From: Longimicrobiales bacterium
GTDB taxonomy: Bacteria; Gemmatimonadota; Gemmatimonadetes; Longimicrobiales; Gaopeijiaceae
Direction of reading: 5' to 3'
Length of the DNA: 64,000 bases
Assembly (NCBI GenBank): GCA_965202805.1
Contig: OZ241869.1
Location: 2,368,001 to 2,432,000 of the forward strand
Position numbers and translations under genes: made by a program. Positions 37,548-47,757 of this stretch are shown here, piece by piece. Positions within the stretch are counted from its first letter, which is position 1. The number at the start of each line of letters is the position of its first letter. The notes beneath the pieces were generated by a model, which did not search any database, had not been told where the DNA came from, and saw only the letters and a list, made by a program, of their open reading frames with translations.

Positions 37548-38306
37548 TCACACCTCCTCCAGCACCTCCGCGCGCACCCAGCCCACCTTGCCGTCGTCGA
37601 GGACCACCTCGAGCCACTCCTCCGAGCGCCGGTCGACGCGCACGCGGGTGCCCTCGTGGATGACGAAGAGCTGGAGCGCGGGATCGTCCGACGGGGCGCT
37701 CTGGACGCCCACCTCGGCGAAGAGCACGACCGCATGGCGAGGTTGCCCCAGGCCGGTCTCGCGCACCGCCAGGGTCGTGCCCAGCACCAGCACGAGGATG
37801 CCCCCCGCGACCGCGGCACGCCGCGCCCACGCCGCCGCGCCCAGCCGCAGCACCAGCATCACCAGCGCACTGATCGCCATCAGGTAACCCGCGGTCGTAA
37901 GTCCGATGAGCAGTGAGCGCGGGAAGAGGTTCATCCACCACGATCCGACCCGGAAGAGCCAGAAGCGGGGCAGCGGAACGATCTCGTCCGCCCCCAGTGC
38001 GCGGGCCAGGTCCAGGTTGGCGAGGATGTCGGCGTCGCTGGGGGCGAGGCGCCGCGCCCGTTCGTAGTAGAGGATGGCCCGGCCCAGCTCGTTCGCCTTG
38101 AAGTACGCGTTGCCGATGTTGTAGTAGAGGTCCGGGCTCTCGAACCCCGCTTCGCGGATGCTCAAGTAGCTGTCGAGCGCGCCCTGGTAGTCCTCCTGCT
38201 GGTAGAGGCGGTTGCCCTCCTCGAAGAGTTCCTCCTGGGCGTGGAGCGGAGGGGGCTGGAGTGCCAGCGCGAGGAGGACTGCCGGAAGGATCGCCCGCGC
38301 GCTCAT
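37548..38306 (-). CDS. batE: BatE-like TPR + SH3 protein
   Basis: LYYNIGNAYFK..LGRAILYYERA TPR; IHEGT.V...W.EV...GKVGWV SH3; last gene of the bat operon. Confidence 0.88.
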   Translation of the reverse strand: MSARAILPAVLLALALQPPPLHAQEELFEEGNRLYQQEDYQGALDSYLSIREAGFESPDLYYNIGNAYFKANELGRAILYYERARRLAPSDADILANLDLARALGADEIVPLPRFWLFRVGSWWMNLFPRSLLIGLTTAGYLMAISALVMLVLRLGAAAWARRAAVAGGILVLVLGTTLAVRETGLGQPRHAVVLFAEVGVQSAPSDDPALQLFVIHEGTRVRVDRRSEEWLEVVLDDGKVGWVRAEVLEEV

Positions 38307-40225
38307 CGGGCGAGGTGCTCCGCCATGGCCGCCATCGCGGACTCCACCTGTTCCAGGAAGCGGGCGCGCTCCCCGGGCGATGCGGTCGGGGGAGCGAAAC
38401 GCTGTCGGTCGCACTCCTCCAGGCACTCCAGGCAGGGGTCCGCAGCTTCGGCGGCGACGCCCCGGGCGGCCAGCCGGTCGCGCACCTCGTCCCGGATCAT
38501 GCCGGCGGCGGCGATGTTGAGCTTGTCCGCCAGGAAGCCCTCGAGGGCGTGGCCCGCTTCCGCGTAGAACGCGCGCACATCCTCTCCAGCCACCAGCTTG
38601 CGGGCCTCCGCGACGCGCTTGCGGGCCACCCTGGCCGCGCGCCTTGAACGGGCGTAGGCGACATCCCCGTGAAGCCGGTCGCGGTGGCGGCGCAGCCCGG
38701 CCGCTCCGCCCACCGTCGCCAGCGGCACGAGCAGGATGACCCAGAAGAGCGGGTGCGCGAACAGCGTGCGGTTGGCAAGCACCAGCGCCGGGGTGCCGAT
38801 GCGGATGAAGCGGATGTCGGTGCGCAGCTCCTCCACCCCCGCCCGCACCCTGCCCGTCCCCAGCGGCCCGTCCGCCGCCACCCCGGTGACCTCCACCGCG
38901 AGCGCCCCGCTGGCCGCGACCTCGTAGCTCTCGCTCGCGGGGTCGAAGTAGGTCAGCTCGACGGGCGGGATGGCGCCCACCCCCGGCACCCGCGGCACCA
39001 GCACGTAGTCGTAGGTGCGCGTCCCGCTCACCCCCGCGTCCGTGCGGTCGACGCGCTCGGTCACCTCGGGCGGGAAGGCCTCGAAGCCGGGCGGAATCTC
39101 CACCTCGGGCTCGGCCAGCATGCGCAGGTTGCCGCGCCCCGCCACCACCACCGTGAGCGTGACCGCGTCGCTGACCTGCACGCTGTCGCGGTCGAGGGTG
39201 GCGGTGACGTCCAGGTCGCCCACGAAGCCGGTGAAGTCGTCCGGGCGCCCGCCGGGCAGCGGCAGGACTTCAATCTCCACCGGCTGCGAGGCCGCCGCCG
39301 TCGAGATCGTCGAGTTCAGCAGCGACCCACGCCCGAAGAAGTCCTCGAACGGGTCGAAGGCCGAGCGGCGGCGCACCCGTACCTGGGCTTCGATGCCCAA
39401 AGGCTCGAGCGTCCGCCCACCGGACCCGGTCGGGAAGAGCGCCACCTTGCGGATGGTCGCGGTGGTGTATTGCATCCCGTCGCGGACGGTCTGCCCGATC
39501 ACCGGCTCACGCACCGGCGGATACTCCTCCACCCAGAAGCCGGTCGCGGGAGGCAACCGGGTGATGCTGTACGAACTCACGTTCACGCGCGTGAAGATGC
39601 GGTAGTCGACCACCACCGGCTGGTTCTCGTACACCCGCAACCGGCTCGGCACCGCCTCCACGAACAGGTCCTCGGGCGCGATGCCGCGGTCTGCCGCGCC
39701 CGGTCCGGCCGAGGGCCCCTGGGGGACGGGCGTGTCGGAGACGGTCAGCGTGAGTGGTGCCGTGGTGAAGGCGCCTCCGCCGATCTGAACGCCAATGGGG
39801 TCGATGGTGAAGGTGCCCGCGCGGGTGGCCTGGAAGCGGTACTGGATGGTGAGGGTGATGCTGGTACGCCCGCCGGACATCTGTATCGAACTCGAGGAGC
39901 CGCTCCCGAGATACACCGAGAAGGCGGTGAGGTCGGGGAGTTCGGGGTCCCGGTCCACCTGCTGCGCGCCGGAGACCTCCAGGTTGACCACGAACTGCTG
40001 CCCGACGCCCACCTGGCCGCTGCTCAGGTAGGCGCGCGCGGAAACCTCCTGGGCGGCGGCGTCTGTCGGGCCCGCGGCCAGCGCCAATCCGGGCGGCACC
40101 ACCGCGGCGAGCAAGATCGCCCAACGGCGGACAGCACGCCGGTGCATCCCCGTGCGCTGCGCCTCGTTCGGCGCGCAAACGCCCGCGAACACCAGGAACT
40201 CCCCCAACACCCGCACTCCCCTCAC
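38303..40225 (-). CDS. batD: BatD family protein
   Basis: Repeated Ig-like BatD domains, YFDP...Y, DIRFI before a TM; operon position. Confidence 0.88.
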   Translation of the reverse strand: MRGVRVLGEFLVFAGVCAPNEAQRTGMHRRAVRRWAILLAAVVPPGLALAAGPTDAAAQEVSARAYLSSGQVGVGQQFVVNLEVSGAQQVDRDPELPDLTAFSVYLGSGSSSSIQMSGGRTSITLTIQYRFQATRAGTFTIDPIGVQIGGGAFTTAPLTLTVSDTPVPQGPSAGPGAADRGIAPEDLFVEAVPSRLRVYENQPVVVDYRIFTRVNVSSYSITRLPPATGFWVEEYPPVREPVIGQTVRDGMQYTTATIRKVALFPTGSGGRTLEPLGIEAQVRVRRRSAFDPFEDFFGRGSLLNSTISTAAASQPVEIEVLPLPGGRPDDFTGFVGDLDVTATLDRDSVQVSDAVTLTVVVAGRGNLRMLAEPEVEIPPGFEAFPPEVTERVDRTDAGVSGTRTYDYVLVPRVPGVGAIPPVELTYFDPASESYEVAASGALAVEVTGVAADGPLGTGRVRAGVEELRTDIRFIRIGTPALVLANRTLFAHPLFWVILLVPLATVGGAAGLRRHRDRLHGDVAYARSRRAARVARKRVAEARKLVAGEDVRAFYAEAGHALEGFLADKLNIAAAGMIRDEVRDRLAARGVAAEAADPCLECLEECDRQRFAPPTASPGERARFLEQVESAMAAMAEHLAR

Positions 40226-40944
40226 CGCCAGTTCTTGCGCGGTCTCCGCCCGAGCGAGTCCGCCCGGGGCGGGCGGTCGACCTCGTCGGGGTCTTCCTGG
40301 ATCGCCTGGAGCAGGCGCTCGGCCTCTTCGGGCGTCATCTGTCCGGGCGGCGGCTGGGCCGGCTGATCCTGCTCCTGCTCGTCGTCCCCGGGCGGCGGCT
40401 GGTCCTGATCCTGCTCGTCCTGCTCCGGATCTCCCTGCGGGGGAGGCTGCTGCTGATCCTGATTCTCCTGGTCCTGACTGTCCTGATTCTGATTCTGTTG
40501 TTCCTGCTGATTCTCCTGCTCCTCCATCTGCTCCAGCACGCGCTCGAGATTGTGCTTGGCGTCGGTGTCCCCCGGATCGATGCGGAGCGCCTGCTTGTAG
40601 GCCTCGAGGCTCGCGTCGAGTTGCTGCTGGCGGAAGAGCGAGTTGCCCAGATTGTACCAGGCGCCCTGGGCCAGCGCCGTGTCCCCGGCTTCGAGGGCGT
40701 CCTGGTAGGCCTCGAATGCGCGCTCGAACTCCTGGTTCCGGTAGAGCGCATTGCCCTCGTTGAAGCGGATCAGCGGCGAACCCGGATTCTCGCGCAGCGC
40801 CTCCAGGTACATCTCGTGCGCCTCGGCGTAGCGGCCCTCGGCATAGAGCCGGTTGGCCTCCTCGACCAGCGAGCGCTGGGCGCTCAGTGCACCGGGCGCA
40901 AGCAGGGCGCCCGCCATCAGCAGGAATGTCAGCCTGTTCTTCAT
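40222..40944 (-). CDS. batC: BatC-like TPR protein with Q-rich tail
   Basis: FNEGNALYR, WYNLGNSLF, YKQALRIDP.D.DAKHNL, Q/D-rich linker, EAERLLQAI. Confidence 0.88.
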   Translation of the reverse strand: MKNRLTFLLMAGALLAPGALSAQRSLVEEANRLYAEGRYAEAHEMYLEALRENPGSPLIRFNEGNALYRNQEFERAFEAYQDALEAGDTALAQGAWYNLGNSLFRQQQLDASLEAYKQALRIDPGDTDAKHNLERVLEQMEEQENQQEQQNQNQDSQDQENQDQQQPPPQGDPEQDEQDQDQPPPGDDEQEQDQPAQPPPGQMTPEEAERLLQAIQEDPDEVDRPPRADSLGRRPRKNWR

Positions 40945-41987
40945 GGCGCGCCTCCGGTCCACAGAGTGGCCTGTCTCCCGGCTTCGCCCCTTCTCCGCTC
41001 CGGGAGCAGCGGTTCGATCAGCAGCAGGAGGATGGCCGCTCCCAGGAAAAGCTGGAACTGCTCCTCGAACTGCGCGATCTCGCGGGCATCGATCTCGCGC
41101 GTACCCACCGCGCTCATCTCCTCGATGAGGGCATCGAGTTCGACGCTCTGCGGGGTGCTGAGATAGAAGCCTCCCCCGGTGGCCTCGGCGATCCGGCGCA
41201 AGGTAGCCCCGTCCAGCCGCGTGGTCACGACGTTGCCGTCGGCATCCCTCAGGAAGCCCTGCCTGTTGCCCGCGGCGTCCAATTCGGGGATCGGCACCCC
41301 GTCCGGCGAGCCGATGCCCACCGTGAAGACGCGCACGCCGGTATCGTTGGCGCGCCGGATGGCCTCGTCGACCTCGCCCTCGTGGTCCTCTCCGTCGGTC
41401 ACGATGAGGAGCACCCGGAACTCGCGCACCTCCTCGTCGAAGAGGTCGAGCGCGACGTTCATCGCCTCTCCGAGATTGGTCCCCTGCACCGGAACCAGAT
41501 CCACGTCCATGGCGCTCAGGAAGAGCCGGGTGGCGGCGTAGTCGGTGGTGAGCGGGCTCTGCACGAAGGCCTGGCCGGCGAAGGCCACCAGCCCGACCCG
41601 GTCGCCTTCGAGCCGGTCCACCAGGCGCAGGACCTCGAGCTTCGCGCGCTGCAGCCGGTTCGGGGCGATGTCCTCCGCGAGCATGGAGCGGGACAGGTCG
41701 AGCGCCACGACGACATCCTTGCCCTCGCGGCGCACGGTCTCCACCCGGGTGCCGAACTGGGGGCGGGCCAGGGCGGTGAGCAGCAGGCCCACGCTCCCGA
41801 GGAAGAGCAGGGTGCGCAGCGTCCGGTTGCGCCGGTGCACCGACGCGGCCAGCCGCTGCACCAGTTCGCTGTCCCCGAAGCGGTCCAGCGCCCGCCGTCG
41901 CGCGCGCGCCGCATGCCGGAGCAGCAGCGCCAGCAGGGGCACCAGCAGCAGCGCGAAGAGGAGTTCGACGGATCCGAATCTGAACAT
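40941..41987 (-). CDS. batB: BatB-like VWA protein
   Basis: MIDAS DLSRSM; PNRL; SPLTTDY; TDGEDHE. Confidence 0.9.
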   Translation of the reverse strand: MFRFGSVELLFALLLVPLLALLLRHAARARRRALDRFGDSELVQRLAASVHRRNRTLRTLLFLGSVGLLLTALARPQFGTRVETVRREGKDVVVALDLSRSMLAEDIAPNRLQRAKLEVLRLVDRLEGDRVGLVAFAGQAFVQSPLTTDYAATRLFLSAMDVDLVPVQGTNLGEAMNVALDLFDEEVREFRVLLIVTDGEDHEGEVDEAIRRANDTGVRVFTVGIGSPDGVPIPELDAAGNRQGFLRDADGNVVTTRLDGATLRRIAEATGGGFYLSTPQSVELDALIEEMSAVGTREIDAREIAQFEEQFQLFLGAAILLLLIEPLLPERRRGEAGRQATLWTGGAP

Positions 41988-41990
41988 GGC

Positions 41991-42983
41991 TCAGGGCAGC
42001 TTGCGCAGGATGGTGTTGGCGAGCCCGGCCTCCATCAGCAGGAGCAGGAGCCCGGCGGCAAGCGGGAAGTGGAAGAGCTCGGTGTAGCGGGTGAAGTTCT
42101 GCACCTCGATCTCGGTGGTTTCCAGCTCGTCGATTTCCTGGTAGATGCCCGCCAGGCTCTCGGTGTCGGTGGCCCGGAAGTAGCGGCCGCCGGTGGTGCT
42201 CGCGACCTCGGCCAGGGTCTCCTCGTCCACGTCCACCCGCACGGTGGCGTAGCGCCGGCCGAGCAGCGGGTCGTCGACCGGCACGCGCGCGGTGCCGCGC
42301 GATCCCGCCCCGATGGTATACACCCGCACGCCCAGGGCCTGTGCCATCTGCGCGGCGGTGAGCGGGTCGATCTCGCCGCGGTTGTTGCGGCCGTCGGTGA
42401 GCAGCACCACGACCTTCGATTCGGCCGCGCTCTCGTTCAGCCGCTTGATCGCGGTCGCGAGCCCCATCCCCACGGCGGTGCCGTCCTCGACCATCCCCAC
42501 TTCGAGCTCGTCCATCAGGTCGCGGACGACGCCGTAGTCGAGGGTGAGCGGCACCTGGGTGAAGGCCTGTCCCGCGAACACCACCAGGCCGATGCGGTCG
42601 TTGAGCCGTCCCGATACGAAATCGGCGGCCACCTGTTTGGCGGCGTCGATGCGGTTGGGCTCGAGGTCCTCGGCCAGCATGGAGCTCGAGATGTCCAGCA
42701 CCAGCACGATGTCGATGCCCTCGGTGAGGACGTTCTCGCTGGTGACGCCGGCCCGGGGCCGGGCGAAGGCCACCACAAGCGCGGCGACGGCCAGCAGGCG
42801 CAACATGGGCAGAACATGGCGCCAGCGTCCGCCCCGGCGGATGTCGGCGCGCCGTACCGCCGCGAGGTCCGAATACACGAGCGAGCCGCCCCTGGGCGCC
42901 CGGCGTCGGAAATACCACCACGCCAGGGCGGGGACCGCGAGCAGCAGCCAGAGGAAGGCGGGGTCGGCGAATTCGAAGTTCAT
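41991..42983 (-). CDS. batA: BatA-like VWA protein
   Basis: DISSSMLAED..PNR; DGTAVGMGLA; LLTDG.NN.G; TGGRYFRAT. Confidence 0.92.
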   Translation of the reverse strand: MNFEFADPAFLWLLLAVPALAWWYFRRRAPRGGSLVYSDLAAVRRADIRRGGRWRHVLPMLRLLAVAALVVAFARPRAGVTSENVLTEGIDIVLVLDISSSMLAEDLEPNRIDAAKQVAADFVSGRLNDRIGLVVFAGQAFTQVPLTLDYGVVRDLMDELEVGMVEDGTAVGMGLATAIKRLNESAAESKVVVLLTDGRNNRGEIDPLTAAQMAQALGVRVYTIGAGSRGTARVPVDDPLLGRRYATVRVDVDEETLAEVASTTGGRYFRATDTESLAGIYQEIDELETTEIEVQNFTRYTELFHFPLAAGLLLLLMEAGLANTILRKLP

Positions 42984-44383
42984 CGCCCGTCTCCACGCGC
43001 AAGGGGGATGACGTGCGGCTGCGCGCCGTCACGCCCCGCGACGCCATGGCGCTCGGCGCCGGGTTCCGGGCGGACATGGTTCGGCGCCGCGCTGCCCCCG
43101 CCCGCTTCCCACCCGCTCTCGTCCTGCGCGTCGTCTTGCGCATCGTCCTGGTCGCGGGCCGCCCCAACCTCCTCCGCGCCGCCCTCCCCTTCTCCCTCCG
43201 GTTCGGGCTCGGGGGGCGGCAGGGTCGCGTCCACCAGCGCGCGCGCGTCCGGCACGATCAAGGCGCACGCGGTCGGGCTCGGGCGGTGTTTTGCGAACTT
43301 GACCAGGTCGCAGTGCTCGAGGAAGGCGGTGAAACGATCGTGGACGTCCCAGGCGACGTCGGTGTCCGCCAACTGCTCGAGCACCTCCCGGCTGGTCATC
43401 TCGGGCGCGCGGATCGCGTAGCGTCCTTCCAGGTAGCGCCGGATGATGTCCGATACCTCGATGTGGTACTCCTTGATACGCCCCTGCCCCAGCAGCCCCG
43501 ACGACTCGAGCCACTCGAGCTCCTCGTAGGCGATCTCGTGCGCGGGACGCGGGGGGGCCTGGGTGACGGGACCCTCGCCGGTCGGGCGCTGGCGGGCCCG
43601 GCGCGCGAGCCACCAGCCGGCCCCCGCGGCCAGGACGAGCGCGAGGAGCCAGAGACCGATCACCAGCATGCTGCGCGGAATGGATAACGGACCCCGGATG
43701 TCGCGGATGTCCTGCCCCTCGTCGAGCCCGACGCTCACCACCGCGATGCCGAAGGGGTCGGTGACCAGTTCGCTCACTCCGCCGGGGGACGCCACGCCCA
43801 CCGTGAGGCTCGGGATCTCCAGCTCGCCCACCTCGAACGCGGTGAGAGTGAGCACCGCCGTGGTGGTGGCACGCCCGTCCGCCACGGTCGTGGGGTTCAC
43901 GACCGCGCCGAGCACCTCGAAGGGCGCCAGGTAGAGCGAGTCGGGCCACTGGACGGTCGCGTCGGGGGCGTGCTCGACCGTGACGGTCAGGTGGAGGCGC
44001 CCGCCCACCGTGGTCGTGGTGGTGTCGACCGCCACGCGGAGGGAGGGGGGTGCGGGGAGCTCCTGGGCGGCGGCCGGGGCGGGGGCGCCGACCACCGGCA
44101 GCGCCATCAGCGCGATACGGCAGGCGGCCCGCGCCGCACCGGGACATCGTTCCCAGGAAGGCATCGCCGCGCCCGACCCCGCCCAAATCGACATCACCGG
44201 GACCCAAAACCGCGTTTCAGCTGAAACGCGTCCCGCAGCGCCTGGCCCCGTGCGCCGGCTTTTTCCGGCACCGCCCCCCGCCGCGCTTCCGCGGAACCGC
44301 GTTCCGAAGCGCGCGTCGCATCGGGAGCCACCACGCCCGGGCGGGGCCAATGAAACATCCTCGCGCCCGGCCGCGTCCGCCAA
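42980..44383 (-). CDS. BatD-like/DUF4381-type accessory protein of the bat operon (true start uncertain, probably 44100-44200)
   Basis: DIRDIRGP, TM, PAHEIA..EL, S.IIR.YLE, A.EMTS.E, DLVKFAK. Confidence 0.75.
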   Translation of the reverse strand: MADAAGREDVSLAPPGRGGSRCDARFGTRFRGSAAGGGAGKSRRTGPGAAGRVSAETRFWVPVMSIWAGSGAAMPSWERCPGAARAACRIALMALPVVGAPAPAAAQELPAPPSLRVAVDTTTTTVGGRLHLTVTVEHAPDATVQWPDSLYLAPFEVLGAVVNPTTVADGRATTTAVLTLTAFEVGELEIPSLTVGVASPGGVSELVTDPFGIAVVSVGLDEGQDIRDIRGPLSIPRSMLVIGLWLLALVLAAGAGWWLARRARQRPTGEGPVTQAPPRPAHEIAYEELEWLESSGLLGQGRIKEYHIEVSDIIRRYLEGRYAIRAPEMTSREVLEQLADTDVAWDVHDRFTAFLEHCDLVKFAKHRPSPTACALIVPDARALVDATLPPPEPEPEGEGEGGAEEVGAARDQDDAQDDAQDESGWEAGGGSAAPNHVRPEPGAERHGVAGRDGAQPHVIPLARGDGR

Positions 44384-44438
44384 CCAACACCCCGCAACGC
44401 CCGCCAGAGCATCCGCGCGCCCATCCGCTTTCCCCTCA

Positions 44439-45314
44439 TCATCGCCGGCGCTCCCGCTCCTTGAAGAAGCGCGTCAGCGGCTGGAGGTACGGCTGGTCCG
44501 CGCGCACGTCGATCAGGTCGACCTTGCCGTGGCGGAGCGTCCGCTCGAGCTCCTCCTCGACCGCGGCCCGATCGCGCCCGAACGCCTCCTGGAAGCTCCG
44601 GTCGGAGGTGTTCACCACGAAGCGCTCTCCGGTCTCGGCATCCTCGAACTCCACCAGCCCGATGGGAGGCAGCTCCGTCTCGCGCCTGTCGCGCACCCGC
44701 ACCGCGATGGTGTCGTGGCGGCGGCCGGCGATGTTGAGCGCGCGCCCGAACCCGCCCGCCAGGAAGTCCGACACGAGAAACACCACCGCCCGCCGCCGGG
44801 TCACGCGCGTCAGGTACTCGAGCGCCATCCGGATATCGGTTCCGCTCCGGTCGGGCCTGTGGTACAGGAGCTCCCGCAGGACCCGCAGCACATGCCGGCG
44901 CCCCTTGCGCGGAGGCACGAACTTCTCGATCCGGTCGCTGAAGAGGATCAGCCCGACCTTGTCGTTGTTCTTGATCGCGCTGAAGGCCAGCAGGGCGCAG
45001 ATCTCCACCGCCACATCGCCCTTCATGCGCATCCGCGTACCGAAGTTGCCGGAGGCGCTCACGTCCACCACCAGCATGACGGTCAGCTCGCGCTCCTCCT
45101 CGAACACCTTCACGAACGGGGTGCCTGTGCGCGCCGTCACGTTCCAGTCGATGCTGCGAATGTCGTCCCCGTACTGGTACTCGCGCACCTCGGCGAAATT
45201 CATCCCCCGTCCCTGGAAGACGGAGTGGTATTCGCCGGAGAAGACCTCGTTGACGAGACCGCGCGTGGTGATCTCGATGCGGCGGACCTTGCGGAGGATT
45301 TCGCTCGCGATCAT
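44439..45314 (-). CDS. DUF58 family protein
   Basis: GEYHSVFQGRGMNFAEVREYQYGDDIRSIDWNVTAR; FEEERELT. Confidence 0.95.
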   Translation of the reverse strand: MIASEILRKVRRIEITTRGLVNEVFSGEYHSVFQGRGMNFAEVREYQYGDDIRSIDWNVTARTGTPFVKVFEEERELTVMLVVDVSASGNFGTRMRMKGDVAVEICALLAFSAIKNNDKVGLILFSDRIEKFVPPRKGRRHVLRVLRELLYHRPDRSGTDIRMALEYLTRVTRRRAVVFLVSDFLAGGFGRALNIAGRRHDTIAVRVRDRRETELPPIGLVEFEDAETGERFVVNTSDRSFQEAFGRDRAAVEEELERTLRHGKVDLIDVRADQPYLQPLTRFFKERERRR

Positions 45315-45318
45315 TCCG

Positions 45319-46320
45319 TCACGGCACCTCGATGTTGTCCAGAATGCGGGTCACCACATCCTCCGGGGTGACCTCCTCGGCCTCCGCCTCGTAGGTGACA
45401 AGCACCCGGTGGCGAAGCACGTCCATCCCCACCGAGCGCACGTCCTCCGGGGTCACGTAGCCCCGCCGGCGCAGGAAGGCGTGGGCGCGCGCCGTCTTCG
45501 CCAGACAGATGCTGGCCCGGGGCGAACCCCCGTACGCGATCAGCTGCACCAGGTCGTCCAGCCCGCAGGCGGCCGGATCTCGCGTAGCGAACACCAGGTC
45601 GACGATGTAGCGCTCGATCTGCGGGTCCATGTATACCATCTCGACGGCATCGCGCGCCCGCAGGATCTCGTCCGGGCTCACCACCGGGGTCACGTCGCGG
45701 GCCGGCCCCGTCGCCATGCGGCGCATGATCTCGAGCTCCTCTTCCTTGTCGGGATAGCCCACGGCGAGCTTCAGCATGAAGCGGTCGACCTGGGCCTCGG
45801 GAAGCGGATAGGTGCCCTCCTGCTCGATGGGGTTCTGCGTGGCGAGCACGAGGAAGGGGTCGTCGAGCGGGAAGGTGGTCTGCCCGATGGTGACGGTGTG
45901 CTCCTGCATCGCCTCGAGCAGCGCGGCCTGGACCTTGGCCGGAGAGCGATTGATCTCGTCGGCCAGGATGACGTTCGCGAAGATGGGACCCTTGCGGGTC
46001 TTGAAATCGGACTCCCTGGGGTCGAAGACGAGGGTCCCGATGAGATCCGCGGGGAGCAGGTCGGGGGTGAACTGGATGCGCTGGAAGGAAGTGCGGATGG
46101 CCGCCGCCAGGGTGCGCACGGTCAGCGTCTTCGCGAGCCCGGGCACGCCTTCCAGGAGCACGTGTCCATCGGAGAGCAGGCCGATCAGCAGCCGCTCCAC
46201 CATGTAGCGCTGGCCCACGATGACGCGCCCGACTTCATCCAGCAGGCGCTCCACGAAGGCGCTCTCCTCGCGGATCTTGTCCTGGATGGCGGCGATGTCG
46301 TGTCTGGTTGAGGTGGTCAT
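45319..46320 (-). CDS. moxR: MoxR family AAA+ ATPase
   Basis: LLEGVPGLAKT; RIQFTPDLLPAD; DEINRSPAKVQAALLEAM; TYPLPEAQVDRF. Confidence 0.95.
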   Translation of the reverse strand: MTTSTRHDIAAIQDKIREESAFVERLLDEVGRVIVGQRYMVERLLIGLLSDGHVLLEGVPGLAKTLTVRTLAAAIRTSFQRIQFTPDLLPADLIGTLVFDPRESDFKTRKGPIFANVILADEINRSPAKVQAALLEAMQEHTVTIGQTTFPLDDPFLVLATQNPIEQEGTYPLPEAQVDRFMLKLAVGYPDKEEELEIMRRMATGPARDVTPVVSPDEILRARDAVEMVYMDPQIERYIVDLVFATRDPAACGLDDLVQLIAYGGSPRASICLAKTARAHAFLRRRGYVTPEDVRSVGMDVLRHRVLVTYEAEAEEVTPEDVVTRILDNIEVP

Positions 46321-46505
46321 GTGTCTTTCGGTCTTGTTGATGTGGAATCGGGGTAGCCTGGTGCGCGGAATCGAGGCCGCGTGGCCGCTTGAAGTCGATG
46401 CACGCGCGCACGTGACAGCAACTCCAGCCGCTCTTACCAGAAAATATGATAGCACAGAGCCGGAAAACGTTGCGCGCGCGCGGGCAGTCGGGGCAACTTG
46501 GGACC

Positions 46506-46847
46506 ATGGCACCATCTGACGGGGGACACACGAGCGTGGATCCGGTCCTCGAGCAGGCCGCCGGCTGGCTTGGCGAGGGGCGCCGGGTGGCGCTGGCGAC
46601 GGTCACGCGCACCTGGGGCTCGGCGCCGCGCCGTGCCGGGAGCCACATGGCGGTGGCCGAGGGCGGGGACTTCACCGGGTCGGTCTCCGGCGGATGCGTG
46701 GAATCGGCCGTCATCCACGCCGCCATGGAGGTCATGGAATCCGGCGACCCGCAGCGGCTCAAGTTCGGCGTCACCAACGAGATGGCGTGGGAAGTCGGGC
46801 TCGCCTGCGGGGGAGAGGTGGAGATCTACGTCGAAGCGGTGCGCTGA
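46506..46847 (+). CDS. XdhC/CoxI N-terminal domain protein
   Basis: TWGSAPR..GS; GSVSGGCVE; AWEVGLACGG; alternative GTG start at 46536. Confidence 0.9.
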   Translation: MAPSDGGHTSVDPVLEQAAGWLGEGRRVALATVTRTWGSAPRRAGSHMAVAEGGDFTGSVSGGCVESAVIHAAMEVMESGDPQRLKFGVTNEMAWEVGLACGGEVEIYVEAVR

Positions 46848-46850
46848 TCC

Positions 46851-47570
46851 GTGCGATCCGCCCTCCTCGACACCCTTCTGGAAGCGCAGCGGTCGGGGCG
46901 CAGCGTCGTCCTGGCGACCCGGCTGAGCGACGGCGCCCAGGAGCTGCTGGAAATCGGGCCCGCGGGGGCGCGCGAACCGCGGTCCATGGCGGGCGTCACG
47001 GCCGACCAGGTCTACGCGGCCCTGCGCGCAGAGGAAGCCCAGGTGGCCGACACCGCCGACGGCCCCGTCCTTCTGCGCCCCTACACGGTGCCCCGCAGGC
47101 TGCTGGTGGTGGGGGCGGTGCACATCGCCCAGGTGCTGGCGCGCACCTCCCCCGAGGTCGGCCTGCCGGCCACCATCATCGATCCGCGCGAGGGGTTCGC
47201 CACCCGCGACCGCTTCCCCGACGCGGAGATCGTGCGCGCCTGGCCGGACGAGGCGCTGGAGCGAATCGGGCTGGACGAGCGCAGCGCGCTGGTGGTGCTC
47301 GCGCACGATCCGAAGATCGACGACCCTGCGCTGACCGCAGCGCTCGGCAGCGACGCCTTCTACGTCGGCGCGCTCGGAGGACGCCGCACCCGACGGCAGC
47401 GCCGGGAGCGCCTCATCGAAGCGGGCTTCGCCCCCGAGGCCGTCGCGCGCATCCACAGCCCGGTGGGGCTTGCCATCGGCGCGCGCACCCCCGCCGAAAT
47501 CGCCTTCTCCATCCTGGCGCAGATCATCGACCGCATTCGCAATCCGGGGGCACCGCCGCTCGAACGCTGA
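46851..47570 (+). CDS. XdhC/CoxF C-terminal (Rossmann) domain protein
   Basis: VGAVHIAQ, HDPKIDDPAL, FYVGALG, SPVGLAIGARTPAEIA. Confidence 0.9.
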   Translation: MRSALLDTLLEAQRSGRSVVLATRLSDGAQELLEIGPAGAREPRSMAGVTADQVYAALRAEEAQVADTADGPVLLRPYTVPRRLLVVGAVHIAQVLARTSPEVGLPATIIDPREGFATRDRFPDAEIVRAWPDEALERIGLDERSALVVLAHDPKIDDPALTAALGSDAFYVGALGGRRTRRQRRERLIEAGFAPEAVARIHSPVGLAIGARTPAEIAFSILAQIIDRIRNPGAPPLER

Positions 47571-47711
47571 GTGGGGCCGAGGTGCCGCTGGAACGCGAGG
47601 GGCCTCGGGTGGCGAGAAGCAGGGCCAATGGCCAGGAGCGGCACCAGACGACCCCAGCGTCGACGCCGGACACGATTCCGCACCAACCTCTTGCGATGCC
47701 GGCAGGATCGG

Positions 47712-47732
47712 ACTTAGTTTACTCAACTAAGT
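47712..47732. promoter_or_regulatory. Inverted-repeat operator upstream of the vapBC pair
   Basis: ACTTAGTT-TACTC-AACTAAGT, about 25 nt before the antitoxin ATG. Confidence 0.65.
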
Positions 47733-47757
47733 TTATGCCTTCCCAGGAGCCATCGTC

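Noticed and set aside
40222..43167. 981-aa ORF and other long overlapping or antisense ORFs (e.g. 52219-55707, 60166-63360, 44050-46311)
   Set aside because: Shadow frames typical of high-GC DNA; only the last ~240 codons of the 981-aa ORF (BatC) look real.
46506..47570. Split xdhC as a pseudogene
   Set aside because: Two-gene XdhC arrangements are common, and both halves have intact motifs and their own starts.
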